From: Pseudomonadota bacterium
GTDB taxonomy: Bacteria; Pseudomonadota; Gammaproteobacteria; Burkholderiales; Burkholderiaceae_C
Length of the DNA stretch: 54,052 bases
Reading direction: 5' to 3'
NCBI GenBank assembly: GCA_041169105.1
Contig: JBEEJQ010000001.1
Span: 1-54,052 of the forward strand
In this document: positions 43,701 to 52,126 of the stretch, piece after piece
How the letters are laid out: each line of letters begins with the position of its first letter
How positions within the stretch are numbered: position 1 is the first letter of the stretch
The notes under the pieces: model-generated
Told to the model about the DNA's origin: nothing
Database searches by the model: none
Seen by the model: only the letters and a program-made list of their open reading frames with translations
Program-made: the position numbers and the translations under genes

Positions 43701-43796
43701 CAGGTCATAGATGGACTTGTCTAAGGGCAAGTATCCGTTGGCGAGTAGCGTGGCCTCGATGGTGGATTCGAAGGATGTTTCGTCGTGGCGGCTCAA
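40743..43796 (-). CDS. hsdR: Type I restriction endonuclease subunit R
   Basis: D-x-NGIP-x-ELK nuclease motif, HSAGSGKS, IIDEAHSSQ, FTATPK, YQTGFDQP, QTLSRLNR. Confidence 0.95.
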   Translation of the reverse strand: MSRHDETSFESTIEATLLANGYLPLDKSIYDLSNNFFPQEALTFIRATQPKEWARLESLNGAQTETQILKDLTHWLDHHGTLAVLRNGFKCHGRTLRVAFFKPAHGMNPELAAQYAANRMGVTRQLRYSQRNTNELDLVLSVNGIPVVTAELKNAMTGQTVRHAIAQYQQDRDHREPLFEFKRRALVHFAVDTEEVFMTTRLAGSATHFLPFNQGHDGGAGNPPDPHGRAYRTAYLWEEVWQRDSLLDILARFMHLQEEERRTEDGRKIRKETMIFPRYHQLQAVRALEAAAKQEGPGHNYLVEHSAGSGKSNTIGWLAHRLASLHDASDHKVFDSVIVITDRRVLDKQLQDTIYQFEHRQGVVQKIDEDSRQLAEALTTGVPIIISTLQKFPFVTRQLLKMAEERGEGGEGVLPTRRCAVIIDEAHSSQSGETATDLKEVLGGNVLREEAARYAAEEGTKDLDELYRSMAKRGRQANISFYAFTATPKHKTLAVFGRGADGTASGTGHAFHRYTMRQAIEEGFIMDVLAHYTTYATYYKLVHASETDPNVERKQAAKALARFMRLHPYNIAQKTEVMVEHFNAVTHHKLGGKAKAMVVTGSRLEAVRYKLAFDAYIREKGYGWIKTLVAFSGQVQDELVPDKLYTESAMNGGMKETELPEAFGGPDYQVLLVAEKYQTGFDQPLLHTMYVDKRLAGIQAVQTLSRLNRMHPLKEDTFVLDFVNDREEIRQAFKDYFDGAEMGEEADPNQMYSIKAELDASGIYTHDEVERFIAVYFKPRQRQSPADHQAMNAALDMAVDRFRDLQRTEEEAAELWRGKLQAFRNLYAFLSQVIPYQDSDLERLYTYLRFLSTKLPRRESGPRYDFDDEVRLEYYRLQKISEGSISLRDGKGNPLDGPRDVGSGLQREEETPLSRLIDSLNDRFGTDFTDADQLFFDQIIEAAIGDASLGEAAAANPEEKFSLLFSSLLQTLFIERMEQNEDIFARFMNEKSFQNLVTDWISKEVYSRFRSKNGSLD

Positions 43797-44527
43797 AGTT
43801 TGCCCCCATTTGCCAGGTTGTCAGGGTTCGGTGCCGGCTGGATTGGAAGTCCAGATGTCGGGTCGAAGCAACCACTGCCTCGCGTGCCTGGAAAGGCGTT
43901 GATTAAACGCAGCCGCATGTCGGTGTCTGATGCAAAAACAATCATCCAAATACTGAAGAAGCCTTCTGCCACGGCAGTTCGAACAGCTCCTCGCCGCACA
44001 GCTTCGTTGCCGGGGTTGTCGTCCACATCTTGCTTCGTATCTAGGGCGATACCCCAAAGGTCCATTCGCTGCGAAACACGATCCAGCGCTACCTGCTTGC
44101 CGTTCTCGTCCAGTACTTCCGAAATCGGCTTATCAAGACCAACCAACTGCAGCAAACTGTCTGCCTTTGGTCGGCAGATGGCGGGGACTGACATAGCAAC
44201 ATTTATTTGCCCATCGGCAAGATAGTCGTATGCCATCGCCGTGTTGTCTCTATCGGGCAGAAGAGCCTCAGACAACACAACGTCCTTATTCTTCTTTGTC
44301 GAGTTGCAGTTAACACACCCAAGTAGAAAGTTGTCCCAGCGCCCCGCCAGTGGCTCATAGGCCTTCAAGCCCTTCGGCTGGATGTGCTCGACGGCTAGAT
44401 TGGTTTGGACGCGGCGTTCGCAGTAGCTGCAATATCGACCTAGTCTCGAAACTAGAAAGGGCTTCGCATCCTCATAGTTGGCGAAGTCAGTTGCTTGGGG
44501 CGAGTCTCCGCGCTGTATCGGCCGCAT
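43793..44527 (-). CDS. HNH endonuclease, PtuB/Septu-like
   Basis: MRPIQRG, LGRYCSYCE, AVEHIQPK, WDNFLLGCVNCNSTK; 3 nt after the ATPase stop and overlapping the hsdR start. Confidence 0.85.
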   Translation of the reverse strand: MRPIQRGDSPQATDFANYEDAKPFLVSRLGRYCSYCERRVQTNLAVEHIQPKGLKAYEPLAGRWDNFLLGCVNCNSTKKNKDVVLSEALLPDRDNTAMAYDYLADGQINVAMSVPAICRPKADSLLQLVGLDKPISEVLDENGKQVALDRVSQRMDLWGIALDTKQDVDDNPGNEAVRRGAVRTAVAEGFFSIWMIVFASDTDMRLRLINAFPGTRGSGCFDPTSGLPIQPAPNPDNLANGGKL

Positions 44528-44530
44528 CTT

Positions 44531-45970
44531 TCATTCTCCCAGCTTGGCTGCGCGCTTCAACTCAAGGAACGCTTGATAAGCTGGGTTGTGCGCGTAGGGC
44601 CCGATGGCGTCGGCCAATCGCGTCTTGTAGGCATCCAGCTTGTCGCGTGGAGCCATTGCGGCGGCTTCCAATATTTCTAGATAGTTGCGAGCAACTACAC
44701 GCATGTCCTCGTAATCCTTACCCACTTCGGTGTTCTCAACTCCCATAAGGCCGCGCGCGATTTCATCCACGGGCATGTGACCAACGTCAGCGGTGGGCTG
44801 TCCGTCAAGCACGATCAGTTCCTCACCGCTGCGCAGTGACTGAATCAAAAACGGCGAATGGGTAGTGCAGATGAACTGCAGCATCGGGAATGTGCGCCGC
44901 AAATCACCGATGACGCGTCGCTGCCATTTGGGGTGCAGGTGCAGATCCAACTCATCAATCAGAACAACCCCCGGTGTCAACTCCAGCGCCCGCTCTGCCA
45001 ATTGCGGGTTGAGCATGGCGGCCTTGATGGCCAGATCAGCGGCGATGGCAACCACGTTACGGTATCCATCACTCAACTCGCTAAAGGTGTGGCGCTCGCC
45101 GCTTTGGTACTTCAGCACCAGTGTGCGTAGTTTGGTGCTGTAGCGGGCAGAGGCAATTTCCGGAAGCATGGCCTCGATTGCCCGATATACCAGCCGCAGT
45201 GCGGGGGATGAGTCTTCCTCGTCAAGTTCGTTGCGTCGCTCTACACCCATCCAACGAATCAGGTCGTTGGGGTTACAGCGTTTATCAACACTCATCCGGT
45301 AGCCGTAAAAAGGCTCGGACAAACGATTAAAGTCATGCAGAAACTTGTCTAACTCGTCCGCATCATCGGCCAGCTCAGCGGGTTGCTTCCCCTTGTGTTT
45401 GCTAAGCGCTTTGCCCGATGTGTCACGAACTGATTCCCAAAGACGGCCCGCGCCGAAATAGCGGATCAACGGCAGCACGCATGGCTTTTGATTCATAACG
45501 GCGTCTGCCATAGCTTCTGCGTATTTCTTCAGATCAGCGGCATTGTTTCGCGTGGTTCTGCCACCCTGCCCTTCCACTGAACGTTCCCAACGCACAGACA
45601 CATCGCGCGGGTTCGGTTTGTCAGCGTTAGCGGGTGGGAGGTAAACGATCTCGTCGTCCGATGCAGCCCGCCCAACCCGGGCGATGTGCAACAACCCTGT
45701 GGCTGTGACCCGCACAGGGTATTGCGGCAGCTCGCGGTAGCGCTTTTCCACAAACTCCAGCACATGACGCACGTCGCGATCCCAGATGTTGCGTGAGTCA
45801 TGGCCGCGAAAGCCCAGCAACCACGAACCGATGGCGACAGCCGCCGCTTCGAGAAACGAAGTTTTACCGCTGCCGTTTTCACCAATCACGAGATTGAACT
45901 GAGGATGCAAGTTGAATTCGCGGTCCACATAGCCACGGAAGTTCTGTAAACGCAGCGTCTCAAGGCGCAT
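44531..45970 (-). CDS. ABC/AAA ATPase, PtuA/Septu-like
   Basis: LQNFRG, Walker A GENGSGKTS, signature LSDGYR, Walker B LIDELDLHLHPKWQR, H-loop TTHSP. Confidence 0.88.
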   Translation of the reverse strand: MRLETLRLQNFRGYVDREFNLHPQFNLVIGENGSGKTSFLEAAAVAIGSWLLGFRGHDSRNIWDRDVRHVLEFVEKRYRELPQYPVRVTATGLLHIARVGRAASDDEIVYLPPANADKPNPRDVSVRWERSVEGQGGRTTRNNAADLKKYAEAMADAVMNQKPCVLPLIRYFGAGRLWESVRDTSGKALSKHKGKQPAELADDADELDKFLHDFNRLSEPFYGYRMSVDKRCNPNDLIRWMGVERRNELDEEDSSPALRLVYRAIEAMLPEIASARYSTKLRTLVLKYQSGERHTFSELSDGYRNVVAIAADLAIKAAMLNPQLAERALELTPGVVLIDELDLHLHPKWQRRVIGDLRRTFPMLQFICTTHSPFLIQSLRSGEELIVLDGQPTADVGHMPVDEIARGLMGVENTEVGKDYEDMRVVARNYLEILEAAAMAPRDKLDAYKTRLADAIGPYAHNPAYQAFLELKRAAKLGE

Positions 45971-47210
45971 ATGAGGTCTCCTCTTTCAACTGGTTATTTT
46001 GCATGTTTGCCTTGCCGCTGATGGCCGCTGCAATCAGCGCCGTTCTCCGCTCCTCGAGCAACTCAACAGTGTCTTTGGTCGCACGGCTCAGCGTATCGAT
46101 GTGCTGAATTTGATGTGCAATTTCTCGAACGATTTGCGCCTGTTCTTCGAGAGGCGGCACAGGCATTGACGCTTCGTACAAACCTTCTGGGTATAAGCGC
46201 ATTCGAGATGACCAGACCCCTTTGGAATAGCGCGTGATCTCGGTGACGAACATAGGTGTCCGTACAAGGTAGTCGAGGTAGTCGGGGTCAAACGCTTGCG
46301 TTGGACGGTAGACGTTGTAGGCGGGGCTCACGATGCCGTCGTGGCGGGCAACGCCCATCGCACCCATCCATGCCCAAAGTGTGTTGATGACCAAATCGCC
46401 AGCGCGGCAACGCTTGTAACCTTCGTTGGTCTCAGCCAAGAACATGTTCACATCTTTTTCAGAGCGTTTCGTGACACCAGTGAGGTGCGACACAGTGAGC
46501 AGTTCCTCGGAACCATCTTCTGATCTATCGTCGATTTCTTTGAACACCCAGCGAGTGTTTTCTGTTTGCCAATGGGCGGGTATTTGACCCAGCCAATCGA
46601 TACCTGAGTCGCGCACGGGTACATCCGGATTCAGCCCCCGCTTGACGGCGTTGGCGATGAAGGTGCGGCGCTTTTCGCCCAGCACGTCCAAAAGGTGCTG
46701 CTTTGCGTTGATTAATGACTCAATTTGGGTGGTCTGCTCGCGCAAGCGATTAACGACCTCGATCTGAAGCGCCAAAGGTGGAACCGGAATCTCGATGTTG
46801 CCAATGTCTGCCCAATCTGCGCGCGGCATCTTTGAACCAAACGTAGTGGTGTCAACTTCGAGGATGAAATCTGGCGACAACAATACTCGGCACAAGTAAT
46901 CGCTAGTGATACAAGGATTGGGCCTGAGCACCAACGCCTCAGTGGTGCAGGCTCCGGCAAAGGTAGATACCCAGGCCTTGGCTAAATAGGGGCGCAACTT
47001 CCCGAACAGAACGTCACCGCTGTCGAACAGATTGACTGTGCTGGTGCCGTCGGCAAACTCCTCATCCACCAAACCCTGCGTGCTCAAGAGCTTGCCCGTT
47101 TTAGATTGAATATTTTCAAGACCGACATACGCTGAACCATCTGGTCGGGAATCTGCTCGTGCGCCGACAAGCGTTGCTGCGTACTTGAGCTTCAGCTTGG
47201 GCCAAGTCAT
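45960..47210 (-). CDS. hsdS: Type I RM specificity subunit S
   Basis: Two TRDs with repeated IPVPPLALQ and MPVPPLEEQ, central DSGIDWLGQIPAHW, terminal RTALIAAAISG. Confidence 0.92.
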   Translation of the reverse strand: MTWPKLKLKYAATLVGARADSRPDGSAYVGLENIQSKTGKLLSTQGLVDEEFADGTSTVNLFDSGDVLFGKLRPYLAKAWVSTFAGACTTEALVLRPNPCITSDYLCRVLLSPDFILEVDTTTFGSKMPRADWADIGNIEIPVPPLALQIEVVNRLREQTTQIESLINAKQHLLDVLGEKRRTFIANAVKRGLNPDVPVRDSGIDWLGQIPAHWQTENTRWVFKEIDDRSEDGSEELLTVSHLTGVTKRSEKDVNMFLAETNEGYKRCRAGDLVINTLWAWMGAMGVARHDGIVSPAYNVYRPTQAFDPDYLDYLVRTPMFVTEITRYSKGVWSSRMRLYPEGLYEASMPVPPLEEQAQIVREIAHQIQHIDTLSRATKDTVELLEERRTALIAAAISGKANMQNNQLKEETSYAP

Positions 47211-49114
47211 TGCGTACCCTCCACCGCCCGATAAGCCTGCCCCGGATCATTCGGCTCCTCCGGCCGTGTCATCACCAGTCGGCCATCACGCATCAGCGGG
47301 CGCAGGTAGTTTTGCCGCACCACCTCCGGGTTGCGGCGCAATACCAAAGCCAGTTCGTCCACCGGCCAGTCGCGCAGGCTGCACAGTGCCACCACCAAGT
47401 CTTGTACTTCTTGGGGTGGGTGCCGCTGGCCAATGGCCCCTAGCCTTGCGGCCAAAGAGCCGGGCAGTTCGTCTAGCAAGGCGGCGCGGGCTGTGTCTTG
47501 CGCATTGGTTTGGGGCTTGCTAGTTAACTCACTGGGCTTACTAGATAAGGCGCTGGGGTTACTAGATAAGCCATGGGGGTTGCTAGATAAGGGGCTGCTT
47601 GCCCCTTCTGCCAACGCTTGTTGACCCAGGCCGAGGCGTTCGGCAGGCACATAGTAAGTGGCCGAGCCACGGCCTTTTTGCACCAGCAGGCCCGCATCGC
47701 GCAGGCGGCGCAAGGCGGCGCTGGCGCTGTGGGTGTCCACCTTGTTGAGGGTGCGGTAGTTGGCGTTGTCAATGGCCCCTGCCTCGCGCACCACCACCAG
47801 GGCTTTGGCTTCGTCGGGGCTGAGCTGGGCGTCTTTGAACTGGGCCAACCAAGCCACGTCGTCGGCCCCCAAAAAATGGTGAAAGAAGTAGCGGGCCACA
47901 AACTGGTCGTTGCCCCGGTCAGATTCAAACAATGGCGGGGTCAGCCCAGCCTGCTCCATGGTGTCGCGCATCACACGGATGCCGCTGCCTTTGGTTTCGG
48001 CAAAGCGAGTTTCGTGCAACACGGCGGCAATGCGCGGGTTACGCGGTTCGCTGCCGGGCTCGCCCAAGTGCTCAGGCGACTTGAGCGAGAAGCCGGGGTT
48101 GCGAATTTCCAGCCGGTTGGCATAACGGATGATTTGCACCGGGCTGTGGCTGCGGTAGCTGCGGTGCATGAGGGCGTTGACCAGCGCCTCGCGAATCACG
48201 CGCTGAGGGATGACGGGTTTGTCTTGGCGTTGCAGGTCGCCTTCTTTGAGGGCAAAGCCTTTGGGCAAGTCATCCAGCACGGCGGCTTGGGCACGGCGGA
48301 TCAGCCGAAACAAGGGGTCGCGCAGTTCGATGGTGTCAAAGCGGCGCTCGGGATCTGGCACCCAGTCGCGGCCGGGCACGCGAATGTAGTCCACCCGCGT
48401 CATGGGAAAGCACCGACGCAAAGCCTGCGCCGTACCAAAGAGCATGATGCCCGCCACGGTAGGGCGTAAGTTGCCTTGCTCGTCTTTGCTGATGCACCCC
48501 AGTGCGCGCAGCAATTCTTCGTCAGTCCAGCGCAGTTCTTCGGCATCGGGGTTGGCGTCGGCTCGGGTTTTGCGGTAATCGGCAAGTGCTTCGGTGGCGA
48601 TGTCGTCCAGCGTGGCGTCGGGCACCAAGCTGGCATCAAAGCTTTCGCGCTGGCGGCCTTGGTAGAAAACGGCCAAGTCATCGTCGGTACAGTGTTGGTC
48701 CACACTGCCCACGCGGCGCAGTGCACCTTTGGGCAGACCTTGGGCTTTGAAAAAAACGGGTTTGTCTTGCGGCTGCGCCTCAGGCACAAAAGCCACCACC
48801 ACGGCCAGTCCGTTGACTTGCTCGGTACTGATTTCTATGCGCACGGGCAGGTTGAACGTTTCGCGGCATTGGGTGGCCAAGTCGGCGCACAGCTTGTCGG
48901 GCTGCGGGACGCCTTCAACTTGGTAGCTTGGGAAAAGTGCCTGGTCTTCGCGCTCCACGCCCAGCAACAACCAGCCGCCGCCCAAGCCGGGCTCGTTGGC
49001 AAAGGCGCACACTGTTTCCAACAGCGATTTGCCGGCCTCGCTGGCGCGTTTAGCCTCAATGCGCTCGGTTTCGTCGAGCAGGTTCAGGCTTTGCAGGAGT
49101 TCCAGTGCGGTCAT
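47207..49114 (-). CDS. Schlafen/AlbA_2 domain + HATPase_c_4 (RecG-C-like) + winged-HTH protein
   Basis: ETERIEAK (ExxxxExK), TVCAFAN..GGWLLLGV, REALVNALMHRSY, RLEIRNPG, RNPRIA, ETKGSGI, C-terminal HTHs. Confidence 0.8.
   Translation of the reverse strand: MTALELLQSLNLLDETERIEAKRASEAGKSLLETVCAFANEPGLGGGWLLLGVEREDQALFPSYQVEGVPQPDKLCADLATQCRETFNLPVRIEISTEQVNGLAVVVAFVPEAQPQDKPVFFKAQGLPKGALRRVGSVDQHCTDDDLAVFYQGRQRESFDASLVPDATLDDIATEALADYRKTRADANPDAEELRWTDEELLRALGCISKDEQGNLRPTVAGIMLFGTAQALRRCFPMTRVDYIRVPGRDWVPDPERRFDTIELRDPLFRLIRRAQAAVLDDLPKGFALKEGDLQRQDKPVIPQRVIREALVNALMHRSYRSHSPVQIIRYANRLEIRNPGFSLKSPEHLGEPGSEPRNPRIAAVLHETRFAETKGSGIRVMRDTMEQAGLTPPLFESDRGNDQFVARYFFHHFLGADDVAWLAQFKDAQLSPDEAKALVVVREAGAIDNANYRTLNKVDTHSASAALRRLRDAGLLVQKGRGSATYYVPAERLGLGQQALAEGASSPLSSNPHGLSSNPSALSSKPSELTSKPQTNAQDTARAALLDELPGSLAARLGAIGQRHPPQEVQDLVVALCSLRDWPVDELALVLRRNPEVVRQNYLRPLMRDGRLVMTRPEEPNDPGQAYRAVEGTQ
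47513..47596 (-). repeat. Four degenerate 21-bp tandem units encoding a 7-aa LSS(N/K)P linker
   Basis: GGG(C/G)TT(A/G)CTAG(A/T)TAA-N5 at 47513, 47534, 47555, 47576. Confidence 0.85.
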
Positions 49115-51102
49115 TGGGCCTTCGCTTCGGCAGTGACTTCACTCAGCAGTCGCAAAATTTCAGCCTCGGCCTTCTTCAGGTCGGCATCAATGTCGGCCAG
49201 TGGGCGCGGCGGTGTGAATTTGTAGAAATGACGGTTGAAGTTGATTTCATAGCCGACCTTGGTTTTGTCGTGGGCTATCCAAGCGTCTGGCACATGAGGG
49301 ATGACTTCGCGCTGGAAGTATTCGTTCATGTTGACCTTGAGGGGGACGTTTTCAAAGTCACGCAGCGCAGCGTCGGCTTCATACTCAACTTGTTTGCCTG
49401 TCTGTTTGAGTATGACGGGCTGGGCGCTTGGGTCGACTTGGGTAAACGCATCACGAAAGGCTTTGGCTTGGGGTGCACGCCATTTGCTTTCACGTTGTTT
49501 GAGCACAGTTTGCGCACGCGCCCAGATGCTGTTCCAGTCGAACGACTCATCTCTGCCAATCGCGGCATCAATGGCTTGTAGGTCATCCAGCAAATTGGGG
49601 CACGCATCGAGAAAGCGTTCTTTGCCTTGCAGTGTGATTTGAAACTTCAAACGCAATGGGCGCTCAATGGTGAGGCGGTGGTAGCCAAAGTCATCGTTAT
49701 CAAACACTTTGCAGGTGTCGCTGGGCGTCATAGGCCCGTACTCTTGCACGATGTCTTTGATGTTCTGATCCGAAAACTCGCGACGCTTGTCTCCCAAGCT
49801 GCGGCGCAGAGGCTGCCAACGGTCACGTGCATCCACAAGTTGAATCTTGCCCTTGCGTCGTTGCTCTTTGCGGTTGGTCACGATCCAAATGTAGGTGCCA
49901 ATGCCCGTGTTGTAGAACATCTGCTCGGGCATGGCCACGATGGCTTCAAGCCAGTCGTTTTCAATGACCCATTTGCGAATTTCACTTTCGCCAGAGCCTG
50001 CGCCACCCGTGAACAGGGGCGATCCGTTGAACACAATGGCAAGGCGTGAGCCGTCTTTACCTTCGGCGGCATCTACGGGTTCGATCTTGCTGAGCATGTG
50101 CTGCAAAAACAGCAGTGCACCGTCATTGACACGCGGCGTGCCTGCGCCAAAGCGGCCATTGAATGCCTGCTTTTCGTGCTCACGAACCACGTCTTTTTGT
50201 TGGCGTTTCCAGTCCACGCCAAACGGCGGGTTGGCCAAGAAGTAGTCGAAGCGTTGACCCACAAATTGGTCATCTACCAATGTGTCGCCAAATCGTATGG
50301 TTGAGGTCTCTGGGTCTTTGGGGTTGCTGCGCATCAGCAGGTCAGATGCCGCCACCGCGTATGAGCGTTTGTTGAAATCTTGGCCATGCACATACAACCG
50401 CGCGCCCATTTGGTGTTCGCGCAGGTAGTTGCGAGCCTCCGAGAGCATGCCCCCCGTTCCACAGGTTGGGTCCAGCAGGGTGCGAACTGTGTTGGGTTTT
50501 GTCAGCAGATCGTCGTCGTGCATGAACAACAAGTTCACCATGAGTTGAATCACTTCACGAGGGGTGAAGTGATCACCAGCCGTTTCGTTGGCTTGCTCAT
50601 TAAATCTGCGAATCAGATCTTCAAACAACAAACCCATGTCGATGTTGTCCACCGATTGGGGATGCAGGTCAACTTCGCAAAATTTACGCACCACGAGGAA
50701 CAAGATGTTGTGCTCGTGCAACCGCTTGATTTCGTCACTGAAGCTGAAGTAATCAAAAATGCGCTGAACGTTTTCGGAGAAGCCGTTGATGTAGCTTTGT
50801 AGATGTAAATGGACGTGATCTGGGTCGCCCAGCAAGCGCTCGAACGTCAGTGGCGAGTGATTGTGAAAGCGCTGGCCTGAAACTTGGTTGAGCACGCCAT
50901 CTAGCGCTTCACCGTGGTGCTTGCCGCCAAGTTTGGCGAACTTGTCCAGCACAGCCTGTTTTGTGGGTTGCAGCACGCAGTCGAATCGGCGCAAAACCAC
51001 CAGTGGAAGCATGACTCGTTCGTACTGAGGCGGCCGGTATGGGCCACGCAGCAGGTCGGCGATGCTCCAAATGAAGTTGGACAGTTCGTGGCTTTTGCTC
51101 AT
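49111..51102 (-). CDS. hsdM: Type I RM methyltransferase subunit M (N6-adenine)
   Basis: FIWSIADLLRG, GDHFTPREVI, LDPTCGTGGML, LANPPFG, NGSPLFTGGAGSGES, FYNTGI. Confidence 0.95.
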   Translation of the reverse strand: MSKSHELSNFIWSIADLLRGPYRPPQYERVMLPLVVLRRFDCVLQPTKQAVLDKFAKLGGKHHGEALDGVLNQVSGQRFHNHSPLTFERLLGDPDHVHLHLQSYINGFSENVQRIFDYFSFSDEIKRLHEHNILFLVVRKFCEVDLHPQSVDNIDMGLLFEDLIRRFNEQANETAGDHFTPREVIQLMVNLLFMHDDDLLTKPNTVRTLLDPTCGTGGMLSEARNYLREHQMGARLYVHGQDFNKRSYAVAASDLLMRSNPKDPETSTIRFGDTLVDDQFVGQRFDYFLANPPFGVDWKRQQKDVVREHEKQAFNGRFGAGTPRVNDGALLFLQHMLSKIEPVDAAEGKDGSRLAIVFNGSPLFTGGAGSGESEIRKWVIENDWLEAIVAMPEQMFYNTGIGTYIWIVTNRKEQRRKGKIQLVDARDRWQPLRRSLGDKRREFSDQNIKDIVQEYGPMTPSDTCKVFDNDDFGYHRLTIERPLRLKFQITLQGKERFLDACPNLLDDLQAIDAAIGRDESFDWNSIWARAQTVLKQRESKWRAPQAKAFRDAFTQVDPSAQPVILKQTGKQVEYEADAALRDFENVPLKVNMNEYFQREVIPHVPDAWIAHDKTKVGYEINFNRHFYKFTPPRPLADIDADLKKAEAEILRLLSEVTAEAKAQ

Positions 51103-51347
51103 TTTTTAGTTAATTAATTGAATCTCATTGATCAAAAATGGCAAATCATTTGATTTGTATGGGGACAACGACATCTAGCCCGCTATTGTATGTACCGGGA
51201 CACGACAGCTACAACCCAAACTGAATTGCAAAACTTGCATCTGTTGAACGAGGGATCAAGGTCAAGAATTAGACCCGTCACGGTAATTTTCGACCTGCAA
51301 AGACACTGGCCGTGACAAATACCCAAATGTGAAATAAACCGCCGTAC

Positions 51348-52055
51348 TCACAAGTGCTTGAGCGCTTCGCGCAAAGTCAGCCCGGAAAATTGCACACGGT
51401 GCCCGTTCAAGAAGCTGCGCACGCCGTCCGGGTCCCAGCGGGCGAGGTCACGAAACGCCCAGCCAATGGCTTTGCGGATGAAGAATTCTTTTTCGGGGGC
51501 CAGCCGCAGTGCATAGGCGTGCAGGCGTGCTAGGTCGGTGTCTTCGCGCCAACCGAGCTGGTGGATCATGGCGCAGCGACGCAGCCAATAATCCGCATCT
51601 TGCACCCAGGCGTCCATGAGGGTTTGGGGATCGTCCGCAGACCCACGGGCTGCATGCAAAACATCGCCCACCACCGCGCTCAGGCTGTCCACGGTCTCCC
51701 ACCACGCGTCTTGTTGCATGAGCGTCTGGATCTGCGGCAAATGCCAAGGCCGCAGGCACTTGGACTGCTGGCGCAGCAAGTCCACCGCCGTGTAGCGAAA
51801 TTCGCGCTCGGGCAAAGCCCAGAGCAAACGCGCCGTGTCCAGCAGCTCGTCCGCATGGTGCATGCGCGTCAAGCCCAAGGCTTTGACGGCTTGCCTGCGC
51901 ACTGGAGCGGCCAAGCCCAGAAAACCGAACTGGTCTTTCAGATAGGCGCGCATTTCAAGCGCTTTGACGGGATCGGCCAAAGGCCGCAAGGCGGCCTCGA
52001 TGGCCGCCACACGCTCAGCAGGTGTCATGTTGCAAGTGTCTTTCATGGGCCGCAT
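51348..52055 (-). CDS. DNA alkylation repair protein (AlkD-like HEAT repeat)
   Basis: EREFRY, WWETVDSL, WLRR, EFFIRKAIGWAFR, LTLREALKHL; start may be 52046 or 52028. Confidence 0.85.
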   Translation of the reverse strand: MRPMKDTCNMTPAERVAAIEAALRPLADPVKALEMRAYLKDQFGFLGLAAPVRRQAVKALGLTRMHHADELLDTARLLWALPEREFRYTAVDLLRQQSKCLRPWHLPQIQTLMQQDAWWETVDSLSAVVGDVLHAARGSADDPQTLMDAWVQDADYWLRRCAMIHQLGWREDTDLARLHAYALRLAPEKEFFIRKAIGWAFRDLARWDPDGVRSFLNGHRVQFSGLTLREALKHL

Positions 52056-52078
52056 TTCATCACGCCGACGCTGGCCTC

Positions 52079-52104
52079 AAAAAAAACAGGGCCCGAAGGC
52101 CCTG
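52079..52104 (-). terminator. Rho-independent terminator after the ABC transporter operon
   Basis: CAGGGCC-TTCG-GGCCCTG followed by T8 on the minus strand. Confidence 0.8.
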
Positions 52105-52126
52105 AGACACCGACCGTCCAGCCCTT

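Noticed and set aside
43793-45970. Retron (Ec78/Ec83-like) call
   Set aside because: No reverse transcriptase ORF and no intergenic space for msr-msd next to the ATPase-HNH pair
51276-51316. GTCACGG...CCGTGAC inverted repeat as an att site or IS end at the RM block boundary
   Set aside because: Only 7 bp, and no matching copy was seen at the other boundary near 40664-40742
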